From the IMG/VR virus record IMGVR_UViG_2721755724_000003: a stretch of 36,875 nucleotides of DNA; one strand, written 5' to 3'. The position numbers and the translations under genes are program-made. Below the pieces are notes generated by a model. That model had not been told where the DNA came from and ran no database searches. It saw nothing but the letters and a program-made list of their open reading frames with translations. This DNA comes from a virus. Taxonomy: Duplodnaviria; Heunggongvirae; Uroviricota; Caudoviricetes. This document shows positions 19,320-28,179 of this stretch, in pieces (within the stretch, counting starts at the first letter, position 1; each line of letters opens with the position of its first letter).

Positions 19320-20378
19320 TTACGCTCCGGTTTCGGCTGCGGCGGCGCTGAAATCACCAATCTGGATGTTTTCCACCAGTGCGGCGCAGCGGTAGTCCTC
19401 AACCACATAGGCTTCATTAACGGATTCAAAGTTTTCAATCCGGTCACGTTTCGGGTTGTCGATAACTGAACGGCGGCGGGTGTCTTCCTGCCAGTAGATG
19501 GACAGGTTATCCAGACGGGTGATCAGCAGCGCATTCGGTGGGAAGAACGGCGCACGCACGGCCTGCAGGCCACCCATGCGTTTCTGGCTGATGATCATAT
19601 CGGCAGCCAGTTTTTCACTGTTTTCCTGCTCTTTGTTGACCAGCGGGAAATACTTGTCAGACAACAGTTCACGACCGCAAATCACCACCAGATCGTCATC
19701 GTCCTGGTAAACCACGTCGATAAGCTCATTGACAGCATCCATCACCACAGCGTCCAGGTTGGCATATTCGCCACCTTTCCCGACTTTCACCGCACCCGGA
19801 GTGGTTTCACCGCCCGTGGTGGTGCTGCCCATGACGTGATCCGGTGCATCCTCACGGATTTTCTGCAGCCAGCCTTTGTTCACATCCTGCAGCAGCGGGT
19901 TTTCGCTACGGTTGGAGGTTTTCGCACGCTTCACGCCGTTAAAGCCGATCATGATGCGGTCCAGTGCCTGACGTTTCACGATGGCGTCACGGATGCGCAC
20001 CTGGAAATCCTGAAACTTCGCCCACAGATCCAGCTTCGCGTAGGTCAGCACCGTGTCAAAGTTGGTCTGCTCGCATTTATATTCCACATCGACCATCAGG
20101 GTCGGATCGACGGGTTCACGCTCTTTCGCGGTGGTGTCAGTGGTTCCGGCAATGGTGCTGCCAACACCCAGCCCCAGCAGCTGACCGGACTGCTCAGTCA
20201 CTGGCGTGACGTTAATCAGCGTCAGGAAAGCGGCGGACTGCTGGATCTGGTCCTCCAGCGTCTGCTGCACAGACGGCTCCACAGTGAATTTGCTGGACAG
20301 TTCTTCAACTGCCACACCGTTCAGACGCGCCAGCTGCTGCAGGTAAGCGTTAAAAGCAAAGCGGGTATTCTTCTTCAT
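19320..20378 (-). CDS. N: major capsid protein (P2 gpN-like)
   Basis: 352-aa ORF following the scaffold gene; P2 gpN is about 357 aa. Confidence 0.85.
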   Translation of the reverse strand: MKKNTRFAFNAYLQQLARLNGVAVEELSSKFTVEPSVQQTLEDQIQQSAAFLTLINVTPVTEQSGQLLGLGVGSTIAGTTDTTAKEREPVDPTLMVDVEYKCEQTNFDTVLTYAKLDLWAKFQDFQVRIRDAIVKRQALDRIMIGFNGVKRAKTSNRSENPLLQDVNKGWLQKIREDAPDHVMGSTTTGGETTPGAVKVGKGGEYANLDAVVMDAVNELIDVVYQDDDDLVVICGRELLSDKYFPLVNKEQENSEKLAADMIISQKRMGGLQAVRAPFFPPNALLITRLDNLSIYWQEDTRRRSVIDNPKRDRIENFESVNEAYVVEDYRCAALVENIQIGDFSAAAAETGA

Positions 20379-20394
20379 CGGGTTTTGTGCTCCA

Positions 20395-21228
20395 TCAGCA
20401 ATTGGTCAGAGTGTCAGCGGGGGCGTTACCGCCTGTTGCACGCTGGCGGTAGTCCTGGCGGCTGTCTTCATGACTCAGCTTATTCACCAGTTCGTTAAAG
20501 GCGGTCTGCTGTGCCTGCAGGGCAGTCTCCAGCTCAGACAGACGTTCTTCCTGCTCAGACAGGGATTTTTCGGTGCGTGCGCTCAGGTTCTGCTGCTCAG
20601 TGGCGACCAGCTCCACGGCCTTATGCACATCAGAGAACCGGGCGTCATCGGACTGCTCTTTTTTGGTAAACAGCGCCGTGACGCGGGCAAACAGGGACGG
20701 TTTGTCGTCCTGGACTTCTTCCAGTTCGATCACCGTTTCCTCTGCGGCGGTAAAGAGATTGGCGGGATTCTGCTTGCGGTTTGCCAGCGGGTTATGGGCT
20801 GCACTGGCGCTGAATGTCAGCATTTCAGTGCCCAGACTGGCAGGGTCATCAGTGGCAGCCAGGCCGACCAGGTAGGCTTTGCCCGTATCAGCAAACTTCG
20901 GGCTGACTTCCATAGAGGTGAATAATTTCTGGCCTTTTTTCACCAGTTCCACCAGTGATTCCGTTGGCTCAACGTCGGCATACAGCGCCATCTTGCCTGC
21001 CAGCGGACCTTCCGTGATTTCTTCAGCAAACAGCGCCGTCACCTTGCCGTAGCGGTTAAAGGTGCTGTCCGGCAGATAAGACTTGATGTGCTCAAGGTTA
21101 ATCAGCGCGGTGTACATCGTCGGGTTGTAGCTGGCTGCCATCTGTTCCAGCCATTCACGCTGGATTTCGCGTCCGTCGGTGGTGGCACCTTCCACCCCGA
21201 TGCGAAAACGCTTTGCTTTCACTGTCAT
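20395..21228 (-). CDS. O: capsid scaffolding protein (P2 gpO-like)
   Basis: 277-aa ORF divergent from P; acidic, coiled-coil-like C-terminal half. Confidence 0.85.
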   Translation of the reverse strand: MTVKAKRFRIGVEGATTDGREIQREWLEQMAASYNPTMYTALINLEHIKSYLPDSTFNRYGKVTALFAEEITEGPLAGKMALYADVEPTESLVELVKKGQKLFTSMEVSPKFADTGKAYLVGLAATDDPASLGTEMLTFSASAAHNPLANRKQNPANLFTAAEETVIELEEVQDDKPSLFARVTALFTKKEQSDDARFSDVHKAVELVATEQQNLSARTEKSLSEQEERLSELETALQAQQTAFNELVNKLSHEDSRQDYRQRATGGNAPADTLTNC

Positions 21229-21306
21229 GAGCTGTGCTCCGTTAGAAAAAACTTACTGGAGCCTTATGGTTGCGGTGATGGGGGCAGTGAAACAATGCGC
21301 GGTATT

Positions 21307-21324
21307 TGTACCGACAACCACACA
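21307..21324. promoter_or_regulatory. candidate late promoter dyad in the O/P divergent region (TGT-N12-ACA)
   Basis: TGTaccgacaaccacACA, nearly identical in its half-sites to the FI-upstream motif; about 87 nt upstream of the O start. Confidence 0.45.
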
Positions 21325-21370
21325 AACCGCAGGCGGGGAAAGCCTTCATTCAAGGTTGTAGGTTTGTGCC

Positions 21371-23137
21371 ATGAACACCACACTGACACCCGCAGATCTC
21401 GATCCCCGTCGGCAGGCCATGCTGCTGTACTTTCAGGGATACCGCGTAGCCCGCATTGCTGAAATGCTGGGCGAGAAAGTTGCAACCGTTCACAGCTGGA
21501 AAAAACGCGACAAGTGGGGTGACTATGGGCCGCTGGATCAGATGCAGCTCACCACCGCCGCACGCTATTGCCAGCTCATTATGAAGGAGCACAAAGAAGG
21601 GAAAGATTTCAAAGAAATTGACCTGCTGGCACGCCAGTCGGAGCGCCACGCGCGGATCGGCAAGTTTAACAATGGCGGCAACGAAGCCGACTTAAACCCT
21701 AACGTCGCCAACCGCAACAAAGGGCCGCGCCGTCAGCCGGAAAAGAATGTTTTCACCGATGAACAGATTGAGAAGCTGGAAGAAATCTTCCATTCCTCCA
21801 TGTTCAACTACCAGCGCCACTGGTGGGAAGCTGGAAAAACCAACCGCATCCGTAATCTGCTGAAGTCACGCCAGATCGGCGCGACCTTTTACTTTGCCCG
21901 TGAAGCCCTGATTGACGCCCTGCTTACCGGACGTAACCAGATTTTCCTTTCTGCCAGTAAGGCACAGGCTCACGTCTTTAAGCAATACATCATCGACTTC
22001 GCCAAAGAAGTCGAGGTGGAGCTGAAAGGCGATCCGATGGTGCTTCCTAACGGGGCCACGCTTTACTTCCTCGGCACCAATGCCCGCACTGCCCAGAGTT
22101 ATCACGGCAACCTGTATCTGGATGAATATTTCTGGATACCGAAATTCCAGGAGCTGCGCAAAGTGGCTTCCGGTATGGCTATTCACAAAAAATGGCGACA
22201 AACCTATTTTTCCACGCCATCCAGCCTGACACACAGTGCTTATCCGTTCTGGTCTGGTGCGCTGTTCAACCGTGGGCGCAACAAAGCCGATAAGGTGGAC
22301 ATCGACCTGTCCCACAGCAATCTGGCCCCCGGCCTGCTGTGCGCAGACGGGCAATACCGCCAGATAGTCACCGTGGAAGATGCAGTGCGCGGCGGATGTA
22401 ACCTTTTCGACCTCGATCAGTTGCGCATGGAGTACAGCCCGGACGAATACCAGAACCTGCTGATGTGCGAGTTTGTGGACGATCTCGCGTCCGTGTTCCC
22501 GCTCAGCGAGCTGCAGGCGTGCATGGTGGACAGTTGGGAAGTCTGGAGCGACTTTCATGCACTGGCCCTGCGCCCGTTTGGCTGGCGCGAAGTGTGGATC
22601 GGTTATGACCCGGCAAAAGGTACGCAGAACGGCGACAGCGCCGGATGCGTGGTGGTGGCACCGCCAGCCGTGCCAGGCGGTAAGTTTCGCATTCTTGAAC
22701 GTCACCAGTGGCGCGGGATGGACTTCCGCGCCCAGGCTGACGCCATCAAAAAACTGACCGAACAGTACAACGTGACATACATCGGTATCGACTCAACCGG
22801 CGTCGGTCACGGGGTTTACGAGAACGTGAAAGCGTTTTTTCCTGCCGTCCGGGAGTTTGTCTACAACCCCAACGTTAAAAACGCCCTGGTACTCAAGGCC
22901 TACGACATTATTAGCCACCGCCGCCTGGAGTTTGACGCAGGGCACACCGACATAGCGCAGTCCTTTATGGCAATCCGTCGCGCCACCACTGCCAGCGGCA
23001 ACCGCCCGACCTATGAAGCCAGCCGCAGCGAAGAAGCCAGCCACGCCGATCTGGCCTGGGCAACAATGCACGCACTGTTTAATGAACCGCTGCAGGGCGA
23101 GTCCGCCAATACCAGCAATATTGTGGAGATTTTTTGA
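21371..23137 (+). CDS. P: terminase large (ATPase) subunit (P2 gpP-like)
   Basis: 588-aa ORF divergent from O; P2 gpP is about 590 aa. Confidence 0.85.
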   Translation: MNTTLTPADLDPRRQAMLLYFQGYRVARIAEMLGEKVATVHSWKKRDKWGDYGPLDQMQLTTAARYCQLIMKEHKEGKDFKEIDLLARQSERHARIGKFNNGGNEADLNPNVANRNKGPRRQPEKNVFTDEQIEKLEEIFHSSMFNYQRHWWEAGKTNRIRNLLKSRQIGATFYFAREALIDALLTGRNQIFLSASKAQAHVFKQYIIDFAKEVEVELKGDPMVLPNGATLYFLGTNARTAQSYHGNLYLDEYFWIPKFQELRKVASGMAIHKKWRQTYFSTPSSLTHSAYPFWSGALFNRGRNKADKVDIDLSHSNLAPGLLCADGQYRQIVTVEDAVRGGCNLFDLDQLRMEYSPDEYQNLLMCEFVDDLASVFPLSELQACMVDSWEVWSDFHALALRPFGWREVWIGYDPAKGTQNGDSAGCVVVAPPAVPGGKFRILERHQWRGMDFRAQADAIKKLTEQYNVTYIGIDSTGVGHGVYENVKAFFPAVREFVYNPNVKNALVLKAYDIISHRRLEFDAGHTDIAQSFMAIRRATTASGNRPTYEASRSEEASHADLAWATMHALFNEPLQGESANTSNIVEIF

Positions 23138-24162
23138 TGGGAAAGAGTAAGAAAAACCGCGCTGCGGCGACGAATCAGCTCAAGCATAAAAGCCAAACTT
23201 CAGCCGAAGCATTCAGCTTTGGCGATCCCGTTCCTGTTATGGACCGCCGTGAACTGCTGGACTATGTGGAATGCGTACAGATGGATCGCTGGTATGAGCC
23301 GCCCGTCAGCTTTGACGGACTGGCACGAACCTTCCGCGCCGCCGTGCATCACAGCTCACCAATTGCGGTGAAATGCAACATTCTGACCAGTACCTACATC
23401 CCTCACCCGCTGCTCAGCCAGCAGGCTTTTTCACGTTTTGTGCAGGACTATCTGGTATTTGGTAACGCCTACCTGGAGAAACGCACGAACCGCTTCGGTG
23501 AAGTTATCGCCCTTGAGCCTGCTCTGGCAAAATACACCCGACGCGGGTTAGACCTGGATACCTACTGGTTTGTGCAATACGGTATGACAACCCAGCCGTA
23601 TCAGTTCACGAAAGGCAGCATTTTTCATCTGATGGAACCTGACATCAACCAGGAGATCTACGGCCTACCAGGTTATCTTTCTGCCATTCCGTCAGCCCTG
23701 CTCAACGAGTCCGCCACGCTGTTCCGCCGGAAGTATTACATTAACGGCAGCCATGCAGGCTTCATCATGTACATGACCGATGCCGCGCAGAACCAGGAGG
23801 ATGTGAACAACCTCCGCAATGCGATGAAAAGCGCCAAAGGCCCTGGCAACTTCCGCAACCTGTTTATGTACTCGCCTAACGGCAAAAAGGACGGGCTTCA
23901 GATCATCCCGTTGTCAGAAGTCGCGGCGAAGGATGAATTTCTGAACATCAAGAACGTCAGCCGTGATGACATGATGGCAGCACACCGCGTACCGCCTCAG
24001 ATGATGGGAATTTTGCCGAATAATGTTGGGGGTTTTGGTGATGTGGAGAAGGCGAGCTGCGTCTTCGTAAGAAATGAACTATTACCACTTCAAAAAAGAT
24101 TCATGGAAATAAACAGATGGCTTGGTCATGAAATTATAAATTTTGAAATATATACATTATAA
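23134..24162 (+). CDS. Q: portal protein (P2 gpQ-like)
   Basis: 342-aa ORF overlapping the P stop (ATGA); P2 gpQ is about 344 aa. Confidence 0.85.
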   Translation: MMGKSKKNRAAATNQLKHKSQTSAEAFSFGDPVPVMDRRELLDYVECVQMDRWYEPPVSFDGLARTFRAAVHHSSPIAVKCNILTSTYIPHPLLSQQAFSRFVQDYLVFGNAYLEKRTNRFGEVIALEPALAKYTRRGLDLDTYWFVQYGMTTQPYQFTKGSIFHLMEPDINQEIYGLPGYLSAIPSALLNESATLFRRKYYINGSHAGFIMYMTDAAQNQEDVNNLRNAMKSAKGPGNFRNLFMYSPNGKKDGLQIIPLSEVAAKDEFLNIKNVSRDDMMAAHRVPPQMMGILPNNVGGFGDVEKASCVFVRNELLPLQKRFMEINRWLGHEIINFEIYTL

Positions 24163-24167
24163 AACCC

Positions 24168-24190
24168 AACGGCATCACAATGATGCCGTT
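24168..24190 (-). terminator. hairpin terminator between convergent Q and the PIN-like cargo gene
   Basis: Perfect inverted repeat aacggcatca / tgatgccgtt; on the minus strand it is followed by a T-rich run (gggttttata). Confidence 0.5.
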
Positions 24191-24199
24191 ATGAACGAA

Positions 24200-25261
24200 T
24201 TAATATTCAAAATTATTTTCTTCAATAGAGAACTCAATCCCTCGGGATAACTTATCAATATTCACATCAAATGCGATATCTGTTAATTCACCATCCTCGA
24301 TTTCATACATAACTTCAATTTCAATATCGAAACTAATCTCTTGAACTTCAGTTCGTGTGGTTGTCTCCATTGGAATCATTACTTTATCTTCGCTATCCCA
24401 ATACCCATTATTAAAGTCTGGACCAGAAACAGTAACTTCAAAATCTACAGAAACAGAGAAGGTCGCTAGACAATAATTATTGTCAATCTTAATTATTGAT
24501 GGTTCAAAGTCATCAATATTGACGACTTCAAATGAATCCAATTCAGCGTCTTCCCAAGTTGAAACGTTATATCCATCGGCATCATTGAGTTGGGCAATTA
24601 CGTCCGCTCTTATGTCTTCACGTTTGCTTTCGATAAACTGCATCAATTTATTACTTAATTCGTTTGTATGCGTATTGTATTCACCTAGAAACTTATCAAG
24701 TGAATCAATTTGATGAAGATTGTTTTTACCATCACAATAATTTTTTAAGTCACTATCCTCAGAAATGATATACACATCTTCATCATTAACAAATCGCTCT
24801 ACCGCAGCTAAAGTGATTGCATCAGGAAACTCACTTTTTTTCTTATTTTGCCCAAATGGTGGTTCTTTGCCAAAGTATTTATCTAAAACCTCATTAAGAT
24901 CTATCACTTCTATTGTAGCTAATTTGGCGTGACATCCTTTCAAAAAATCATCAAAAACTTTTTGTGCTGCTTCGTGAATTTCATGTTCGTTAAATTGCTG
25001 AAAAAAACCATGGAGCGGTCCATTATCAATACTATTCAAAAGCCTAGCTTTTCTTTGTACTGTGTTTATAGCCTGCAGAGCATCCTTTATTGATTCCTCT
25101 ATTTTACCTTTTACTTCTCTCTCTACAACTGTAGTTGTAATTAAGACTAAATCACCTTTCGCACATAATTCATGGAAAGCTTTAAATGCTACCCCCTCAA
25201 AATGAAGACCAGCCTTTACGTACGTTTGTGTGTCAATAAATACCTTATTTGTTTTAAGCAT
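24200..25261 (-). CDS. unassigned cargo protein, PIN-like N-terminal domain plus acidic C-terminal domain
   Basis: 353 aa, AT-rich; N-terminus carries PIN-like acidic positions (VFIDTQTY, LITTTVVEREV, YIISEDSDL); the C-terminal 130 aa or so are strongly Asp/Glu-rich. Confidence 0.55.
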   Translation of the reverse strand: MLKTNKVFIDTQTYVKAGLHFEGVAFKAFHELCAKGDLVLITTTVVEREVKGKIEESIKDALQAINTVQRKARLLNSIDNGPLHGFFQQFNEHEIHEAAQKVFDDFLKGCHAKLATIEVIDLNEVLDKYFGKEPPFGQNKKKSEFPDAITLAAVERFVNDEDVYIISEDSDLKNYCDGKNNLHQIDSLDKFLGEYNTHTNELSNKLMQFIESKREDIRADVIAQLNDADGYNVSTWEDAELDSFEVVNIDDFEPSIIKIDNNYCLATFSVSVDFEVTVSGPDFNNGYWDSEDKVMIPMETTTRTEVQEISFDIEIEVMYEIEDGELTDIAFDVNIDKLSRGIEFSIEENNFEY

Positions 25262-25387
25262 ACTAATCCTAATAAGTTTTAAGATCCGCTACAATTGTTT
25301 ATGTTTATTTTTTATCAATAATCATACGTAGTTAAGATTATCCATGTCGAAAAATTAAATCAACTTCAATTTATCCTTAAGCGCGCG

Positions 25388-25406
25388 CTCGTATCCCCGC
25401 CACGCC
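25388..25406 (-). other. candidate cos (cohesive end) site
   Basis: Minus strand reads GGCGTGGCGGGGATACGAG; the first 13 nt match my recollection of the 186/P2 cohesive end (GGCGTGGCGGGGAAAGCAT), and the orientation relative to Q is as in P2. Confidence 0.5.
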
Positions 25407-25728
25407 TGCCCGCTTTATGTAGTGGTTTTCATGCACCTGCATGTTCTACGTAAAAGCCCGCTAGTTCTGGCGAGCCTTAGCAAAAACGATCCTTAAACGA
25501 TCATGCGATTTCATGCAGCATAGTCATGCACTGTCTAAGAGAAGTGAAAGTCCGTATCTGAATGACCACTTGAAAAACGAAACATACAGACTTACAAAGA
25601 TGAAGCTCTACTGTGAGCGAGGAACATACATAGTTGCTCTGTAATAGCCAAATTTTAAGCAGGAAATCTCTTTTTTATGACAAAACTATAAAGAAAAACA
25701 GACCGTTTCATCGCTCGATGAAACTATA

Positions 25729-27306
25729 CTACAATACTTTTCTCTCGATGGTATTTTTAATGGTCAACATATCTTTAGGAATACTTTTTTTCCCCTCTAT
25801 ACGTATGGTAAACACAAAAAGAATAACGGCTGATCTCACAATTTTCATGAGTTGTAAGAGCTGTTTCTCAAACTTTTCTTTCTCAATAAATCTCACCTCA
25901 TCAAAAAATCCATAAGAATTATATAAATCAACTAACATGTCTTTCTCGTGAATAACTAACAGTTTATGTTCTAAATCATTCCTCCATTCTTTAAAAAAAG
26001 CAAGCTCACCATTTTTATCATTCAAATCCATAGCAATACTAAACAAACCCAGCAATCCTTTATTATTTATTTTGTTTATTTTAAGCTTTCTTTTTTCATC
26101 ACTAATCCGCCAGAAGTTATGAAAGTATATATGTCCTCTATCTGGTTTTAAATCAAATAATTGACACAGAGCAACTGCTATTTTATCCAAGATACCAAAG
26201 CAAGCTCTAAATGCAACCCTTAACTTCTCAACATTTTCATACAATATTTCTCCATTATACAATTCAGAATAACATACCTCCGAATCCTCATCAAAAAACT
26301 CACTATCAACCTTATATTCAAAAAACATTTTTCGTGCTAAGGAATACTCAGCTTTAAGTCTATTTAACACCATTTCCATTGGCACTATAAAATCACCAAA
26401 CACACCTTCCTCGGTGGTCGCAATAGTTATATTATCTTTAGATGACGCATAACAATTGCAATATAGCGAATGATCAGACAACATTAGATTATTATCTATA
26501 CAAAACCTCTGGTAGTTTGATAAAGTATCATACTCCTCCTGCGTGAGCCTTTCATCTGTACTTATATCCTCTATGCCATATACACATGATTCACTCAATA
26601 TACTTTCGTTGTACTTTATTTTTCTTTGAAGAGCAACCTTCCATGAAGGAAAACATTTCCCTGACTTTATTGCACACTCATAACCTCGAATAACTTCTTT
26701 AATCATTTTATATGTATATGTTGTAGATAATTCATTAAGCAATTCTAATGCCTCAGATCTGTTTACCCACGCCTGAGGAATTGAGTTATCAATAGATATT
26801 GCTTGTTCATAATAATCCATTGATTCAGATATACGATATTGTTTTTTTAATACATTAGCTAGATTAACTATTAAATCAGGGGGCACCCATCCATCTTCTT
26901 GTGAAAGTTTAAACGCTTTCCAGTAATTATTTTTTACATCATTCAGCTTAATGAAACTATCAATATCTGCATTGTCATTAGGATTAAAATCAAGAACTGC
27001 GCTCATTCCATTTGCCAAGTTATAGTAATATAAAGATTCTTTCATTATAGTCAGAAATTCATTTTTATTGTTTATAAAGATATTTAAGCCTTCCTCCGCT
27101 ATATTTTTTACATTACTAAAATTTCCGATATCAATAAGATTTCCGGCCAAATTAGATAATATAATTATTCTATTTTCTTTGATTGTATTTATCTCATCGA
27201 TACCGTTAAGAATATCCTTTACATTTTTATAGGCAGAATCAAATGAACCTGCATTAATAAGATCATCTACGAACCCCATTTTTGAAACAACATAGTTGAT
27301 ATCCAT
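25729..27306 (-). CDS. unassigned cargo protein, TPR-like N-terminal region plus C-terminal HEPN-motif region
   Basis: 525 aa, AT-rich; TPR-like stretch (YYEQAISIDNSIPQAWVNRSEALELL) and C-terminal EWRNDLEHKLLVIHE matching the HEPN Rx4-6H signature. Confidence 0.55.
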   Translation of the reverse strand: MDINYVVSKMGFVDDLINAGSFDSAYKNVKDILNGIDEINTIKENRIIILSNLAGNLIDIGNFSNVKNIAEEGLNIFINNKNEFLTIMKESLYYYNLANGMSAVLDFNPNDNADIDSFIKLNDVKNNYWKAFKLSQEDGWVPPDLIVNLANVLKKQYRISESMDYYEQAISIDNSIPQAWVNRSEALELLNELSTTYTYKMIKEVIRGYECAIKSGKCFPSWKVALQRKIKYNESILSESCVYGIEDISTDERLTQEEYDTLSNYQRFCIDNNLMLSDHSLYCNCYASSKDNITIATTEEGVFGDFIVPMEMVLNRLKAEYSLARKMFFEYKVDSEFFDEDSEVCYSELYNGEILYENVEKLRVAFRACFGILDKIAVALCQLFDLKPDRGHIYFHNFWRISDEKRKLKINKINNKGLLGLFSIAMDLNDKNGELAFFKEWRNDLEHKLLVIHEKDMLVDLYNSYGFFDEVRFIEKEKFEKQLLQLMKIVRSAVILFVFTIRIEGKKSIPKDMLTIKNTIERKVL

Positions 27307-27593
27307 TCAATCCTCTTTAAACTAAGCTAATAATACCAATCATTATATGGATGAGATCAATATAGAACATGCCATCTCCGGCAAAAATCGTACTACATCA
27401 GACCAGTGCCCTTCAAATAATATAAATTGAACTTAGATACTTCTGCTTCAACCAGTGTGTTAAATCCATCGCTTGAACTCAGAACAAAAAGCGGACGATC
27501 ACTTATCAAAATGGCCGTCCACCTAACGCCTCGTTTCACTCGTTGCCCAAAATAGTCCCCCATCAGAATGAATCCTCTTGGGGGCAACGTTTC

Positions 27594-27827
27594 TTAATGC
27601 AGCCAGCTGTCGTCTTCCCACACCTTCTGCATAATTTTCATCACTTGCTTCCTTTCTTCGTCCAGTTGCAGTCCGGTTAGTTCCACACCGTTAGAGCTAC
27701 CTTTGCGAATGCGAATTACCGTTTTGGGATACAGGGGGCACAGATTGCGGTAAAGCTCGGATTCAAGGGCGTCCAGGGTAGACTGGCTAATCTTCTGCTC
27801 TTTATCGATCACTATTTCAATGCGCAT
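27594..27827 (-). CDS. DinI-family protein (Tum C-terminal-domain-like)
   Basis: Start placed at ATG 27827; from MRIEIVIDKEQ..., which resembles the N-terminus and C-terminal WED/W motif of E. coli DinI. Confidence 0.7.
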   Translation of the reverse strand: MRIEIVIDKEQKISQSTLDALESELYRNLCPLYPKTVIRIRKGSSNGVELTGLQLDEERKQVMKIMQKVWEDDSWLH

Positions 27828-27837
27828 AAAAGTCACC

Positions 27838-28026
27838 TCAGCTGATGACATCCATTGAGCGGTTGTATTCGTGGGTTCTGATTTTTGCCATGAGTTCATC
27901 TGTTAGTTCAGAAACCCACTGCAGAGCCAGCCCCTTCTCTTCATCACTACACTCACTAGCCGCTACAAGCTTAAGAAAAAAATCAATGCGCTGGAGCTTC
28001 AAAGACTCCAAAAAATAGTCCTGCAT
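27838..28026 (-). CDS. small SOS-promoter-proximal protein (possible Tum N-terminal part)
   Basis: 62-aa ORF from ATG 28026 with a strong AGGAGG ribosome-binding site; first gene downstream of the LexA box. Confidence 0.45.
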   Translation of the reverse strand: MQDYFLESLKLQRIDFFLKLVAASECSDEEKGLALQWVSELTDELMAKIRTHEYNRSMDVIS

Positions 28027-28069
28027 CTTTCCTCCTATGACACCACAAGAAATACTGTATGTATAACCA

Positions 28070-28085
28070 CTGTTTATATTTACAG
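28070..28085. promoter_or_regulatory. LexA operator (SOS box)
   Basis: CTGTTTATATTTACAG is a perfect CTGT-N8-ACAG with AT-rich spacer; a degenerate overlapping box (TACTGTATGTATAACCAC) lies at about 28053-28070; both sit in the promoter region of the 28026 ORF. Confidence 0.7.
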
Positions 28086-28179
28086 TATATAATAATCTTA
28101 CTGATGTAAAACGTTTTTTTACGTTCATCAGCCTGATATGCCTGGTATTATTAAGAGCACGAATTGTTAATCCGCGTAA

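Noticed and set aside
21292-21309. ACA-N12-TGT motif next to the O/P dyad, as a possible second late-promoter element for P
   Set aside because: Half-sites are in the opposite order to the TGT-N12-ACA consensus, so it is not the same operator type; kept only the canonical dyad.
21866-22705. 279-aa minus-strand ORF inside the terminase large subunit gene P
   Set aside because: Antisense to a conserved, full-length terminase ORF; low-complexity composition; no independent evidence.
27393-27587. 64-aa minus-strand ORF between the DinI-like gene and the TPR-HEPN gene
   Set aside because: Its 5' end overlaps a CCCCCA / TGGGGG hairpin that looks like the terminator of the DinI-like operon; no ribosome-binding site; more likely the promoter/leader region of the cargo gene than coding.
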